Of a stretch of 6,400 bases of DNA, positions 1-5,915 are shown in pieces. Made by a program: the position numbers and the translations under genes. Every line of letters begins with the position of its first letter. Positions within the stretch are counted from its first letter, which is position 1. The notes under the pieces were generated by a model. The model had not been told where the DNA came from. It worked only from the letters and a program-made list of their open reading frames with translations, and did not search any database. The stretch comes from a virus. Location of the stretch: the IMG/VR virus record IMGVR_UViG_3300020041_000157, positions 1 to 6,400 of that record, one strand, 5' to 3'.

Positions 1-121
1 AAAAATATCAAACCATGCCAATGTGGCCTAAATGTCAAAGGGCCATACTCGCCCTGAATGAAATATTTAATATCAAGCGTTTTACCGAAATAATACTGAT
101 ATTGACGACGAACACGCTTTA
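1..121. repeat. Terminal redundancy from circular wrap-around; exact copy of 6280..6400
   Basis: Compared base by base, 1..121 equals 6280..6400 with no mismatch. The Rep reading frame runs seamlessly from 6280 into 6279, which implies a circular unit of 6,279 nt. Confidence 0.97.
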
Positions 122-509
122 TATGCGCTGAAATATCCGACTTCGAGAAAACAGGAACAAAAACACCGGTATCAACATACTTTTCGGGATTTAAATACCT
201 ATTGAACACATTTTCGTGTGAAAGGTTGTACTGCAAAGACTTCGACGGGTGTTCGTAAAAATACTTTTTCAAAATATTGAAGAAATCACAGCCGTTGTTT
301 ACAAACTTCACGTGCTTGTAAGAAAGAAATGTATTCGGATACTTATATGTAACAAAGAGCATGTATTTATGCTGCTTAGCTTCTTCCCTTAAACGCACAA
401 ACCAAGAGTTAGTTTGCTGACGAGAACATTCAACGCAATCACCGCAAGGCCGATATATCAACCGACCTTGCGTATCGCGTCTATTTGTAGGAACAGGATG
501 TAAACACAT
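1..509 (-). CDS. VP4: Replication initiator VP4 / phiX A-like HUH rolling-circle endonuclease, N-terminal part; continues across the circular junction into 6279..5916
   Basis: ATG at 509..507, hand-translated as MCLHPVPTNRRDTQGRLIYRPCGDCVECSRQQTNSWFVRLREE... This contains the Cys cluster (C-x19-PCGxCxxC) and the W..R...E pattern that I recall from the N-terminus of microvirus VP4. The frame stays open to position 1 and is in phase with the 5916..6317 ORF (509-38 = 471, a multiple of 3). The start lies 2 nt after the stop of the 197-aa ORF (TAATTATG). Confidence 0.9.
   Translation of the reverse strand, partial: MCLHPVPTNRRDTQGRLIYRPCGDCVECSRQQTNSWFVRLREEAKQHKYMLFVTYKYPNTFLSYKHVKFVNNGCDFFNILKKYFYEHPSKSLQYNLSHENVFNRYLNPEKYVDTGVFVPVFSKSDISAHIKRVRRQYQYYFGKTLDIKYFIQGEYGPLTFRPHWHGLIF
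67..77 (-). other. phiX174-origin-like core CTTGATATTAA; candidate Rep nick site on the viral strand (second copy at 6346..6356)
   Basis: The minus strand reads ACGCTTGATATTAAATATTTC. An 11-nt stretch is identical to the phiX174 ori core CAACTTG/ATATTAATAAC, including the G/A nick dinucleotide. It is on the coding strand and inside the Rep gene, as in phiX174. Confidence 0.4.
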
Positions 510-511
510 AA

Positions 512-1105
512 TTACTTAAATTGAAATCCATGAACATATCCAAACAAAGCAGAGAGTTCTTTCATGATAAACAAATGATACTTTGTAAGACATTCCAGCT
601 TGTCAACAACACGGGGATAGGAATCAACAAACTCTGAAATCCGATTAAAAATAACCTTAGAAGTGTCAGCGCAAAGATGCTGTAATGCATCATCTCCCTT
701 AACACTTTCAAGAAGAGACAAATCAAAGTCGGTTGGCTCAATGGAGAGCTTCAAGGAATGCAAAGAGGTGTCTAATGTAAAGAAGAATAAGTTCAAATAC
801 TCAAAGTATGAACGAGGCTTCAAAGCTACATTCATATACATGGAAGACAAGAGACCGTAATCATACGCCATAATATGAGAGATGAATCTATAATGCAAGA
901 ATCCCTCACGCGTCAAATGCGCAACAAGAACACCACGAGGATCGGAGGGGTCCTCTACCAAAGCATTATAAAACACGTAAAAAGACATTGGTGCAAAAAC
1001 GGGATTAAAACGATCATCATTGGCATTCAAAAGTATTTTTTGAATGCTGACAGGAAGCGAATCAAAAATCTCACTTCTCTTGGAGTTGATTGGTTGTTGT
1101 AACAT
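512..1105 (-). CDS. Hypothetical protein, 197 aa, function unknown; translationally coupled to Rep
   Basis: ATG at 1105..1103 and stop TAA at 514..512, 2 nt before the Rep ATG. The ORF is long, on the same strand as all other genes, and preceded by the only perfect Bacteroides-type promoter in the genome. I recognise no motif by eye. Confidence 0.7.
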   Translation of the reverse strand: MLQQPINSKRSEIFDSLPVSIQKILLNANDDRFNPVFAPMSFYVFYNALVEDPSDPRGVLVAHLTREGFLHYRFISHIMAYDYGLLSSMYMNVALKPRSYFEYLNLFFFTLDTSLHSLKLSIEPTDFDLSLLESVKGDDALQHLCADTSKVIFNRISEFVDSYPRVVDKLECLTKYHLFIMKELSALFGYVHGFQFK

Positions 1106-1132
1106 AACTTTATTGTTTTAAGGTTTATGTGC

Positions 1133-1164
1133 CAAAGATACGAATTAGTGTGCACACAAACAAA
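1133..1164 (-). promoter_or_regulatory. Bacteroides-type promoter: -33 TTTG (1164..1161), 20-nt spacer, -7 TATCTTTG (1140..1133)
   Basis: Minus strand: TTTG-TTTGTGTGCACACTAATTCG-TATCTTTG. This matches the published Bacteroides consensus of TTTG and TAnnTTTG. It ends 27 nt upstream of the ATG of the 197-aa ORF. Confidence 0.5.
1148..1157. repeat. Perfect 10-bp palindrome GTGTGCACAC within the promoter spacer; possible operator
   Basis: Read directly from the sequence; the 10-mer is its own reverse complement. It lies between the -33 and -7 elements. Confidence 0.5.
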
Positions 1165-1192
1165 TTAAAAGTGTTAAAAAAATCAAAATTTT

Positions 1193-1207
1193 TTCCGCTT
1201 CACGGAA
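1193..1207 (-). terminator. Weak stem-loop after the VP2 stop (TTCCG-tgaag-CGGAA) followed by an A/T run
   Basis: Minus strand: TGAGTATTTTAATTCCGTGAAGCGGAAAAAATTTTGATTTTTTT. The stem is only 5 bp, so this is a marginal intrinsic terminator. Confidence 0.25.
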
Positions 1208-1216
1208 TTAAAATAC

Positions 1217-2554
1217 TCATTTCGCCAAAGGCGTTTGCGTTACAGTTGTTGTACTGCCTCCGGTCATAACACCTTGTGAATCAAAATTTGTTGTCGTCGT
1301 TGTACCTGTATAACCTCCTGAGCGACCAATATTAGAATACGGAAACACAACGCCCGTAACAGCGTTGGCCACATTAACAAGATTTCCAAAAATACAATCA
1401 ACAATCGAAAGTTTACGATGCGTCTCCATTGAGCGCACCTGCTGTTTAAGATTATTAACCTGCTCATTAGGTCCTCCTGCATCAAGCCACGCATCAACTT
1501 GTGCCTCCATTGCCTTGAAATAATCGGAAGAGGAACTATAATGCTGGGCTTGAGTATCCATGAGACGCTTTTGAAAATCAAGCGTTTCTCGAAGCGTTTC
1601 AGCCTGCCAATTGGTAAGAGTGGTTTGCGCAATAGACTGTGCGATCTGAAAGTCTTTCTGTTCAATATCTTTCTTAATCCAAGAAATTTTCTTATCATTT
1701 ACAGAAATTAAAGAATCATTTACCTGCATACGAGACAGGGACTCATTAATAGCTTGACGACGTTCCTCTATCCATACACCACCTTTGTCTAAACCCATTT
1801 GATTTTGAGCAGCACGATAATCGGCATCAATAGAAGCGATACGCGCTTGTGCTTCTTTCAACTGAGAATCAACCCGAGTATTTTCTTTAAGCTCATCATA
1901 ATAATGCTCCTGTGAACGCTTCAAATGAGCATCGCGATACTCATCATAAATACGAGAAACAGAACCTATACCGTCTGTAAACATACCAAGCATTTCCAAC
2001 AACATTTGACCACCGGGAAGATTGGAAATACCAGCTCCCATATCACCAACAGAGGCAGAAGCAGCAGAGGCAGCGCCAGAGGTAGCGCCAGAACCAGCGG
2101 AAGCGGCAGCACCATTCATGGAGGTAGGACCTTGTGCACCACCGGTCATGGCCAAAGCGGGATTCAAGCCAGCCTGCTCGTACTGTCTAACCATTGCTTG
2201 CGGAGACTGATATTGATTATACATCTCTTCCTCCCAAAAACGTTGCTTCTCGGCCTCAGCAGAATTAAACGCTTGCGAATTAGCTTGCATTTCGGCATTA
2301 AAAGCTTGCGCGTCCTCCTGCATTTGCTTATTAAACTCCATTTGTTCAAGCATTGTTTTGTAATTATACTGGGCTTGAAAAGCATCAGAAGTAGAAATGC
2401 CTGCACCAGCCTCATATTCGTCATAATTGGCCGCAAGAGAACCTTGTATAAGGCTTGTTAACCAATCGGGGGTAACACCGGACGTTTCAGACAGAAAACG
2501 CCGATTACTGTCTTCAAACGATCTATTACGTCGCTTTCGTTGAAATATTCCCAT
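1217..2554 (-). CDS. VP2: Minor capsid / DNA pilot protein VP2 (phiX H-like), 445 aa
   Basis: Contains ..QAMVRQYEQAGLNPALAMTGG.., matching the AGLNPxL motif I recall as typical of microvirus VP2 pilot proteins. This is followed by a Gly/Ala/Ser-rich tract, a long heptad-like Q/E/K/R-rich region and a Thr-rich C-terminus. ATG at 2554..2552, stop TGA at 1219..1217. Confidence 0.85.
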   Translation of the reverse strand: MGIFQRKRRNRSFEDSNRRFLSETSGVTPDWLTSLIQGSLAANYDEYEAGAGISTSDAFQAQYNYKTMLEQMEFNKQMQEDAQAFNAEMQANSQAFNSAEAEKQRFWEEEMYNQYQSPQAMVRQYEQAGLNPALAMTGGAQGPTSMNGAAASAGSGATSGAASAASASVGDMGAGISNLPGGQMLLEMLGMFTDGIGSVSRIYDEYRDAHLKRSQEHYYDELKENTRVDSQLKEAQARIASIDADYRAAQNQMGLDKGGVWIEERRQAINESLSRMQVNDSLISVNDKKISWIKKDIEQKDFQIAQSIAQTTLTNWQAETLRETLDFQKRLMDTQAQHYSSSSDYFKAMEAQVDAWLDAGGPNEQVNNLKQQVRSMETHRKLSIVDCIFGNLVNVANAVTGVVFPYSNIGRSGGYTGTTTTTNFDSQGVMTGGSTTTVTQTPLAK

Positions 2555-2556
2555 AA

Positions 2557-2835
2557 CTACCTACGTCTTACAGGTTCATCTTCACCAAACAAAAAATCAA
2601 AGAAAGAGAGTACGGTGGAAGCAATAGCGGAAATCGGATTTGAAGCAGAAGCGAGATTAATCATTTGCTGCATCATATTCTTACTTTGTTCGTCCTCATT
2701 AGAGGCCAACTCCTCGGCATTGGACATAACAGACTGAGAGGTTAATTGCTGCATAGCCTGCATATTTTGCTGAACGTAAGAAGAAGACATTTTAAAGAAC
2801 GAAGAAACACCATTTGTCATAAATTGAGACGCCAT
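2557..2835 (-). CDS. Hypothetical protein, 92 aa, Q/M/S-rich; translationally coupled to VP2
   Basis: ATG at 2835..2833 and stop TAG at 2559..2557, 2 nt before the VP2 ATG (TAGTTATG). It fills an otherwise non-coding gap in a compact genome. No recognisable motif. Confidence 0.55.
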   Translation of the reverse strand: MASQFMTNGVSSFFKMSSSYVQQNMQAMQQLTSQSVMSNAEELASNEDEQSKNMMQQMINLASASNPISAIASTVLSFFDFLFGEDEPVRRR

Positions 2836-2878
2836 ATTTTCATGTTTTAAGGATTGAACATTTTTATTTATGTGTCAA

Positions 2879-2953
2879 TCCGCCGTACCATAGCGAGATA
2901 CGGCGGAGTGAATGCCGGTTGACCGTCATTCACCACCCGGCGACGACGTCGCC
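2879..2953. repeat. Three consecutive GC-rich stem-loops straddling the stop of the 120-aa ORF
   Basis: Hairpin 1: 2879..2887 tccgccgta pairs with 2899..2907 tacggcgga (9 bp, 11-nt loop). Hairpin 2: 2908..2914 gtgaatg pairs with 2927..2933 cattcac (7 bp, plus an inner cggt/accg pairing). Hairpin 3: 2939..2944 ggcgac pairs with 2948..2953 gtcgcc (6 bp, 3-nt loop). The region is clearly more GC-rich than the rest of the genome. Confidence 0.75.
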
Positions 2954-3288
2954 GTAGGTTGACTTGCAAGACCGGAACCGGGTTGATTGGAAGCAGCTGT
3001 ACCAACATTTGACTGTAAACCGATGTTAAGAGATTTAAAGCCCTTAGCAATCATCATCAAATCAAAATCGTTATTCACACGAAAACCGACTTGCGAGATT
3101 TCTTTCAAATCATTATAAACAATATCAGAAACATCATTCGGAATCGTCTGAGTGCTTATTATTTTATTAATATCAACAGCAAGCCCCGGAAGTGTTACGC
3201 CAAGAGTACAAGGCGGGACAACATTACGGCCATAAAACGTACGATTAGCACGGGAAATAATCTTATCAAGTTCTTTTTGGCTTTTCAT
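2926..3288 (-). CDS. Hypothetical protein, 120 aa; possible scaffolding or structural protein, unproven
   Basis: ATG at 3288..3286, stop TGA at 2928..2926. It lies between the capsid and pilot genes on the same strand. The C-terminus is a low-complexity G/S/T/P/A tail. I recognise no homology. Confidence 0.6.
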   Translation of the reverse strand: MKSQKELDKIISRANRTFYGRNVVPPCTLGVTLPGLAVDINKIISTQTIPNDVSDIVYNDLKEISQVGFRVNNDFDLMMIAKGFKSLNIGLQSNVGTAASNQPGSGLASQPTATSSPGGE

Positions 3289-3306
3289 AATAAATCATTT
3301 AATAGA

Positions 3307-3432
3307 TTAATCACTTGAATTATCTTTCTCTTGTTTTTCTTGACGTCTCCTTCTCGACCAGCGGACAAAATCCACAATCCAAGAGATATAGAAGAATACG
3401 CCCTTTAAAATCTTTTTTGTTTGCTCTTTCAT
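3307..3432 (-). CDS. Small ORF, 41 aa: MKEQTKKILKGVFFYISWIVDFVRWSRRRRQEKQEKDNSSD; candidate J/VP8-like basic packaging peptide or small membrane/lysis peptide
   Basis: Hand-translated; it falls below the ORF-track length cutoff. Its ATG (3432..3430) overlaps the VP1 stop TGA (3431..3429) as ATGA. Stop TAA at 3309..3307, 18 nt before the next gene. It has a hydrophobic core (GVFFYISWIVDFV) followed by an RRRR cluster. Without it, about 140 nt of this compact genome would be non-coding. Confidence 0.5.
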   Translation of the reverse strand: MKEQTKKILKGVFFYISWIVDFVRWSRRRRQEKQEKDNSSD

Positions 3433-5234
3433 AATTGACGACCTCTATATGGAACATTTTCTTTATGCGTATTTTTCAAATCACCAAGTGTAGGTATTAC
3501 GTACTCAGCAAGAGGTGTAACTTTCTTGAATGAGAAGAAGAAGTCAGCCCAAGTAACAGCGCCAAGAGAATAACCGGCCGCCAAAACAGAATCAAGTTCA
3601 TCAATGGCTATTTCAACAAAATCCTTATTGAGTTGAAAATTATCAAAATAACGCTGCAAAGTAAAGGCCGAAAGTGAACCGGTAGGCTGCAACAATCCGT
3701 GTACCTCGTCATCATGATACTTGTATTCTGAATATTGCTGCTGATAACCAAAATAATCAGTAGAAAAAATACTTTTAGGCGCTTCAACGGTAGAACCGGC
3801 AACTGCAAGGTAAGGATTCATCATCAATTCGGTTACAGTAACAGCCTGCTCGCCAAGTCCTTGTAAAAGAGGATTAGCAAAATCGCCTATCTTAGAACGA
3901 GACAAATAACGGCGAGTACCGCTACCATAATAAGCATGAGGAACAACAGAAGCGATAACCATAAGAAAGCCATGCTCGGTTGACGTAAATGTATCGAACA
4001 AACTATCTTTTCCATAACCATGCGTAGAACCCGCACGAGAACCGACAGCACCATTAAAAGGATTTCGATTGTATGTTTCACTTTCAGCGGAATATGTAGA
4101 GTTAGAAACACCTTTCGTATAAAGACCAAACTTTGAAGAACCCAAGAAAAGAGGTCTATCCAACAACGCATCAGAAGGTAAAATACCCCAAGTTGCCTTT
4201 ATCTGATCGGAATAACGCATACCAGCTATATTATTACGCTCCAACCAACGCTGCAAAACATTCGCAGAACGTATTTGCGGTATGGTTAAATTACTTTGAC
4301 CGTCAGGAATAGAAATAGAAGCAGGAGACATAGCCGCTTGCGGATAAAATGAGCAAGTGGTATAATAATCCTTTTCCCAGCAACGCTGATGTAAAGAAAA
4401 GAGAGTCGGTGTCTTCTGTTTATCGATTGCAGAAGACGAAGCATTTCCATAAAAAGCGAGAGACGATGAGATAGGCATAGAATAAGAAAGATGCCCAATT
4501 TCGGGTTCAGCCGTATATGCTTGGCCACCGGTAATTCCCAACAATGAGGCGGCATATTCATTAACCTCCGTATCTATGATATTGTTATATGGTAAAAACG
4601 ATATAGTATCATTTGCAGCACCATTTGAACGAACAAATAGCGGAGTTACAATATTCGGATTTCGATACCAATCGTCGTAAATCTTATGATACGCGAGAAA
4701 ACTTAACATGTTGGGAATTGTCACGAACTCGTTCATAGAGGCAGGCTCCGTTCCACCTTGAACCTTAATTCCCAAATAATCGGACAAAGAACCGGGCCCA
4801 AAGAATGGTAACTCCGATTCTGCCATATAATCGGTATCAAAACCATACGTGGTTTTTAATTCCTCGTAATTAGCATACTTAAAAGTCCGATGAATATTAG
4901 GCAAAACAGTCGGCCGATAAACTTGCGGGGAAAACGGATTATAAACGGGCATCGTCATAAAATCCTGCCAACCAGCCCAGAGAATACGATTCGGGACAAA
5001 AAATGCCTCCAAACGCATATCGATACGACCATAAAACTCAGTGGCCATAGGTGGTAGTTGAGCTTCACACATGTAGCCAAGCGAATATGTTTCATTCGGC
5101 AAAACTTCCTCTACAAGAACAGGTATCAATGTACCCGTCGTCATAGACAAAATGTTTTCAAATGACAAATCCATGCCCGAACGATTGGGAATATCGACGG
5201 GCTGCTGCTTAAAAATTTTCGATAAATGTGCCAT
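3429..5234 (-). CDS. VP1: Major capsid protein VP1 (phiX F-like), 601 aa
   Basis: The N-terminus ..PNRSGMDLSFENILSMTTGTLIPVLVEEVLPNETY.. matches the characteristic Microviridae capsid signature (RSxFDLS .. T..G.L.P). The size fits the longer Alpavirinae-type capsids. ATG at 5234..5232. Confidence 0.93.
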   Translation of the reverse strand: MAHLSKIFKQQPVDIPNRSGMDLSFENILSMTTGTLIPVLVEEVLPNETYSLGYMCEAQLPPMATEFYGRIDMRLEAFFVPNRILWAGWQDFMTMPVYNPFSPQVYRPTVLPNIHRTFKYANYEELKTTYGFDTDYMAESELPFFGPGSLSDYLGIKVQGGTEPASMNEFVTIPNMLSFLAYHKIYDDWYRNPNIVTPLFVRSNGAANDTISFLPYNNIIDTEVNEYAASLLGITGGQAYTAEPEIGHLSYSMPISSSLAFYGNASSSAIDKQKTPTLFSLHQRCWEKDYYTTCSFYPQAAMSPASISIPDGQSNLTIPQIRSANVLQRWLERNNIAGMRYSDQIKATWGILPSDALLDRPLFLGSSKFGLYTKGVSNSTYSAESETYNRNPFNGAVGSRAGSTHGYGKDSLFDTFTSTEHGFLMVIASVVPHAYYGSGTRRYLSRSKIGDFANPLLQGLGEQAVTVTELMMNPYLAVAGSTVEAPKSIFSTDYFGYQQQYSEYKYHDDEVHGLLQPTGSLSAFTLQRYFDNFQLNKDFVEIAIDELDSVLAAGYSLGAVTWADFFFSFKKVTPLAEYVIPTLGDLKNTHKENVPYRGRQL

Positions 5235-5302
5235 AATATTTTTATTGGTTAAACATTGAATATCGCAAAAGAAGAACTCATATTCGTTAATCCCAAATGG
5301 AT

Positions 5303-5350
5303 ATTATCAAATAATGTTAAATAAAGCGTGATTTAACATTATTCAATAAT
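5303..5350. repeat. Long hairpin in the Rep-VP1 intergenic region: 13-bp perfect stem, 8-nt loop, plus a 5-bp extension
   Basis: 5310..5322 aataatgttaaat pairs with 5331..5343 atttaacattatt, with loop aaagcgtg. After a 2x2 mismatch, attat (5303..5307) pairs with ataat (5346..5350). It sits in the largest non-coding region (5235..5415). Confidence 0.8.
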
Positions 5351-5415
5351 CCTACATTTGTTTTTAACCAATATTAAATTCTATAAAGGCGATACAATGA
5401 CAAACCAAAAAAACA

Positions 5416-5886
5416 TTAATAGGCTAGAAGTGAGGAAGCCGTACACTCGTCGAAAACAGCTCGGGCAATAGAATAGTAGGCGTTCGGCTTGGCTCGTCGT
5501 AAACGTAAGCGAGCAAACTCTTCATAAAATTTCTTGTAAAGCGAATCCACATCACACGGCGACGCATCAACCAATTCTGAGGCCGACTTTCCAAGTAACT
5601 CAGAAAATTTTTCCTCAAAAAGTATTCGTAAGTAACGATCCTTAAATCGAACAAATTTTGCCGCAGTATCGCGGATATAAGAAGAACAATCAACCGATCG
5701 AAAACGGGCAAAGTCTTTAACTTCGTGTCCATATTTTAAAACTTTATTATTGAAAGATGAAATGCGAGAGGATATAACATTCACAACGTACTCGGCGCCG
5801 TCATACATATATTTACGCTTCAATTCGAGACGTTTGTATAAGATCTTAACACGCGGCACCAATCGGTCAGAGAAATATCGAGGCAA
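5416..5886 (-). CDS. VP4: C-terminal domain of replication initiator VP4, encoded in the -1 frame relative to the upstream Rep ORF; probably expressed only as a fusion
   Basis: The listed start is TTG, not ATG. This frame is open upstream to 5940 and so overlaps the end of the frame-0 Rep ORF across the T9 run. It reads ..FFYRFVNKHGKLIQLLLPRYFSDRL.., resembling the G-x-x-x-LPRYY-type motif I recall from the C-terminal half of microvirus VP4. Stop TAA at 5418..5416. Confidence 0.7.
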   Translation of the reverse strand: MPRYFSDRLVPRVKILYKRLELKRKYMYDGAEYVVNVISSRISSFNNKVLKYGHEVKDFARFRSVDCSSYIRDTAAKFVRFKDRYLRILFEEKFSELLGKSASELVDASPCDVDSLYKKFYEEFARLRLRRAKPNAYYSIARAVFDECTASSLLAY

Positions 5887-5915
5887 TAAAAGTTGTATAA
5901 GTTTCCCATGTTTAT

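Noticed and set aside
1-121. The 121-nt direct repeat at both window ends could be read as LTRs or terminal repeats of a mobile element.
   Set aside because: The copies are exactly identical and the Rep ORF reads through the junction in phase. This is the wrap-around of a 6,279-nt circular genome in a 6,400-nt window, not a biological repeat.
1264-2436. Alternate-frame minus-strand ORFs nested in VP2 (1264..1698, 2164..2436).
   Set aside because: Same reasoning as for the ORFs nested in VP1: basic, leucine-rich off-frame translations without start context or motifs.
663-2737. Plus-strand ORFs 663..860, 875..1102, 1499..1711, 1925..2461, 2022..2210 and 2540..2737.
   Set aside because: All lie antisense to long, well-supported minus-strand genes. 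Their translations are low-complexity or basic nonsense (for example RGSARGSARTSGSGS, which mirrors the VP2 Gly/Ala/Ser tract). Microviridae encode all genes on one strand.
2840-2878. Sigma-70-like TTGACA (rc of 2873..2878) 17 nt upstream of AATCCT, ahead of the 92-aa ORF.
   Set aside because: The -10 candidate matches only 3 of 6 positions. The likely host group uses TTTG/TAnnTTTG promoters, so this is probably a chance match.
3091-3318. Plus-strand 75-aa ORF antisense to the 120-aa gene.
   Set aside because: It is an antisense shadow ORF, rich in I/N/R from AT-rich sequence, with no supporting signals.
3608-4561. Alternate-frame minus-strand ORFs nested in VP1 (3608..3808, 3887..4171, 4286..4561).
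   Set aside because: The translations are Leu/Ile/Val-rich and typical of off-frame reading of an AT-rich gene. No coupled starts or motifs are visible. Overprinting cannot be formally excluded without comparative synonymous-constraint analysis.
5235-5415. Tiny ORFs in the long intergenic region (MFFWFVIVSPL immediately after the Rep stop; MSSSFAIFNV).
   Set aside because: They are only 10-11 codons long, with no coupling or conservation evidence, and are most likely chance ORFs.
5424-5732. 102-aa alternate-frame ORF nested in the Rep C-terminal domain.
   Set aside because: It is an off-frame product with no recognisable features. The overlapping frame has the VP4-like LPRYF context and is preferred.
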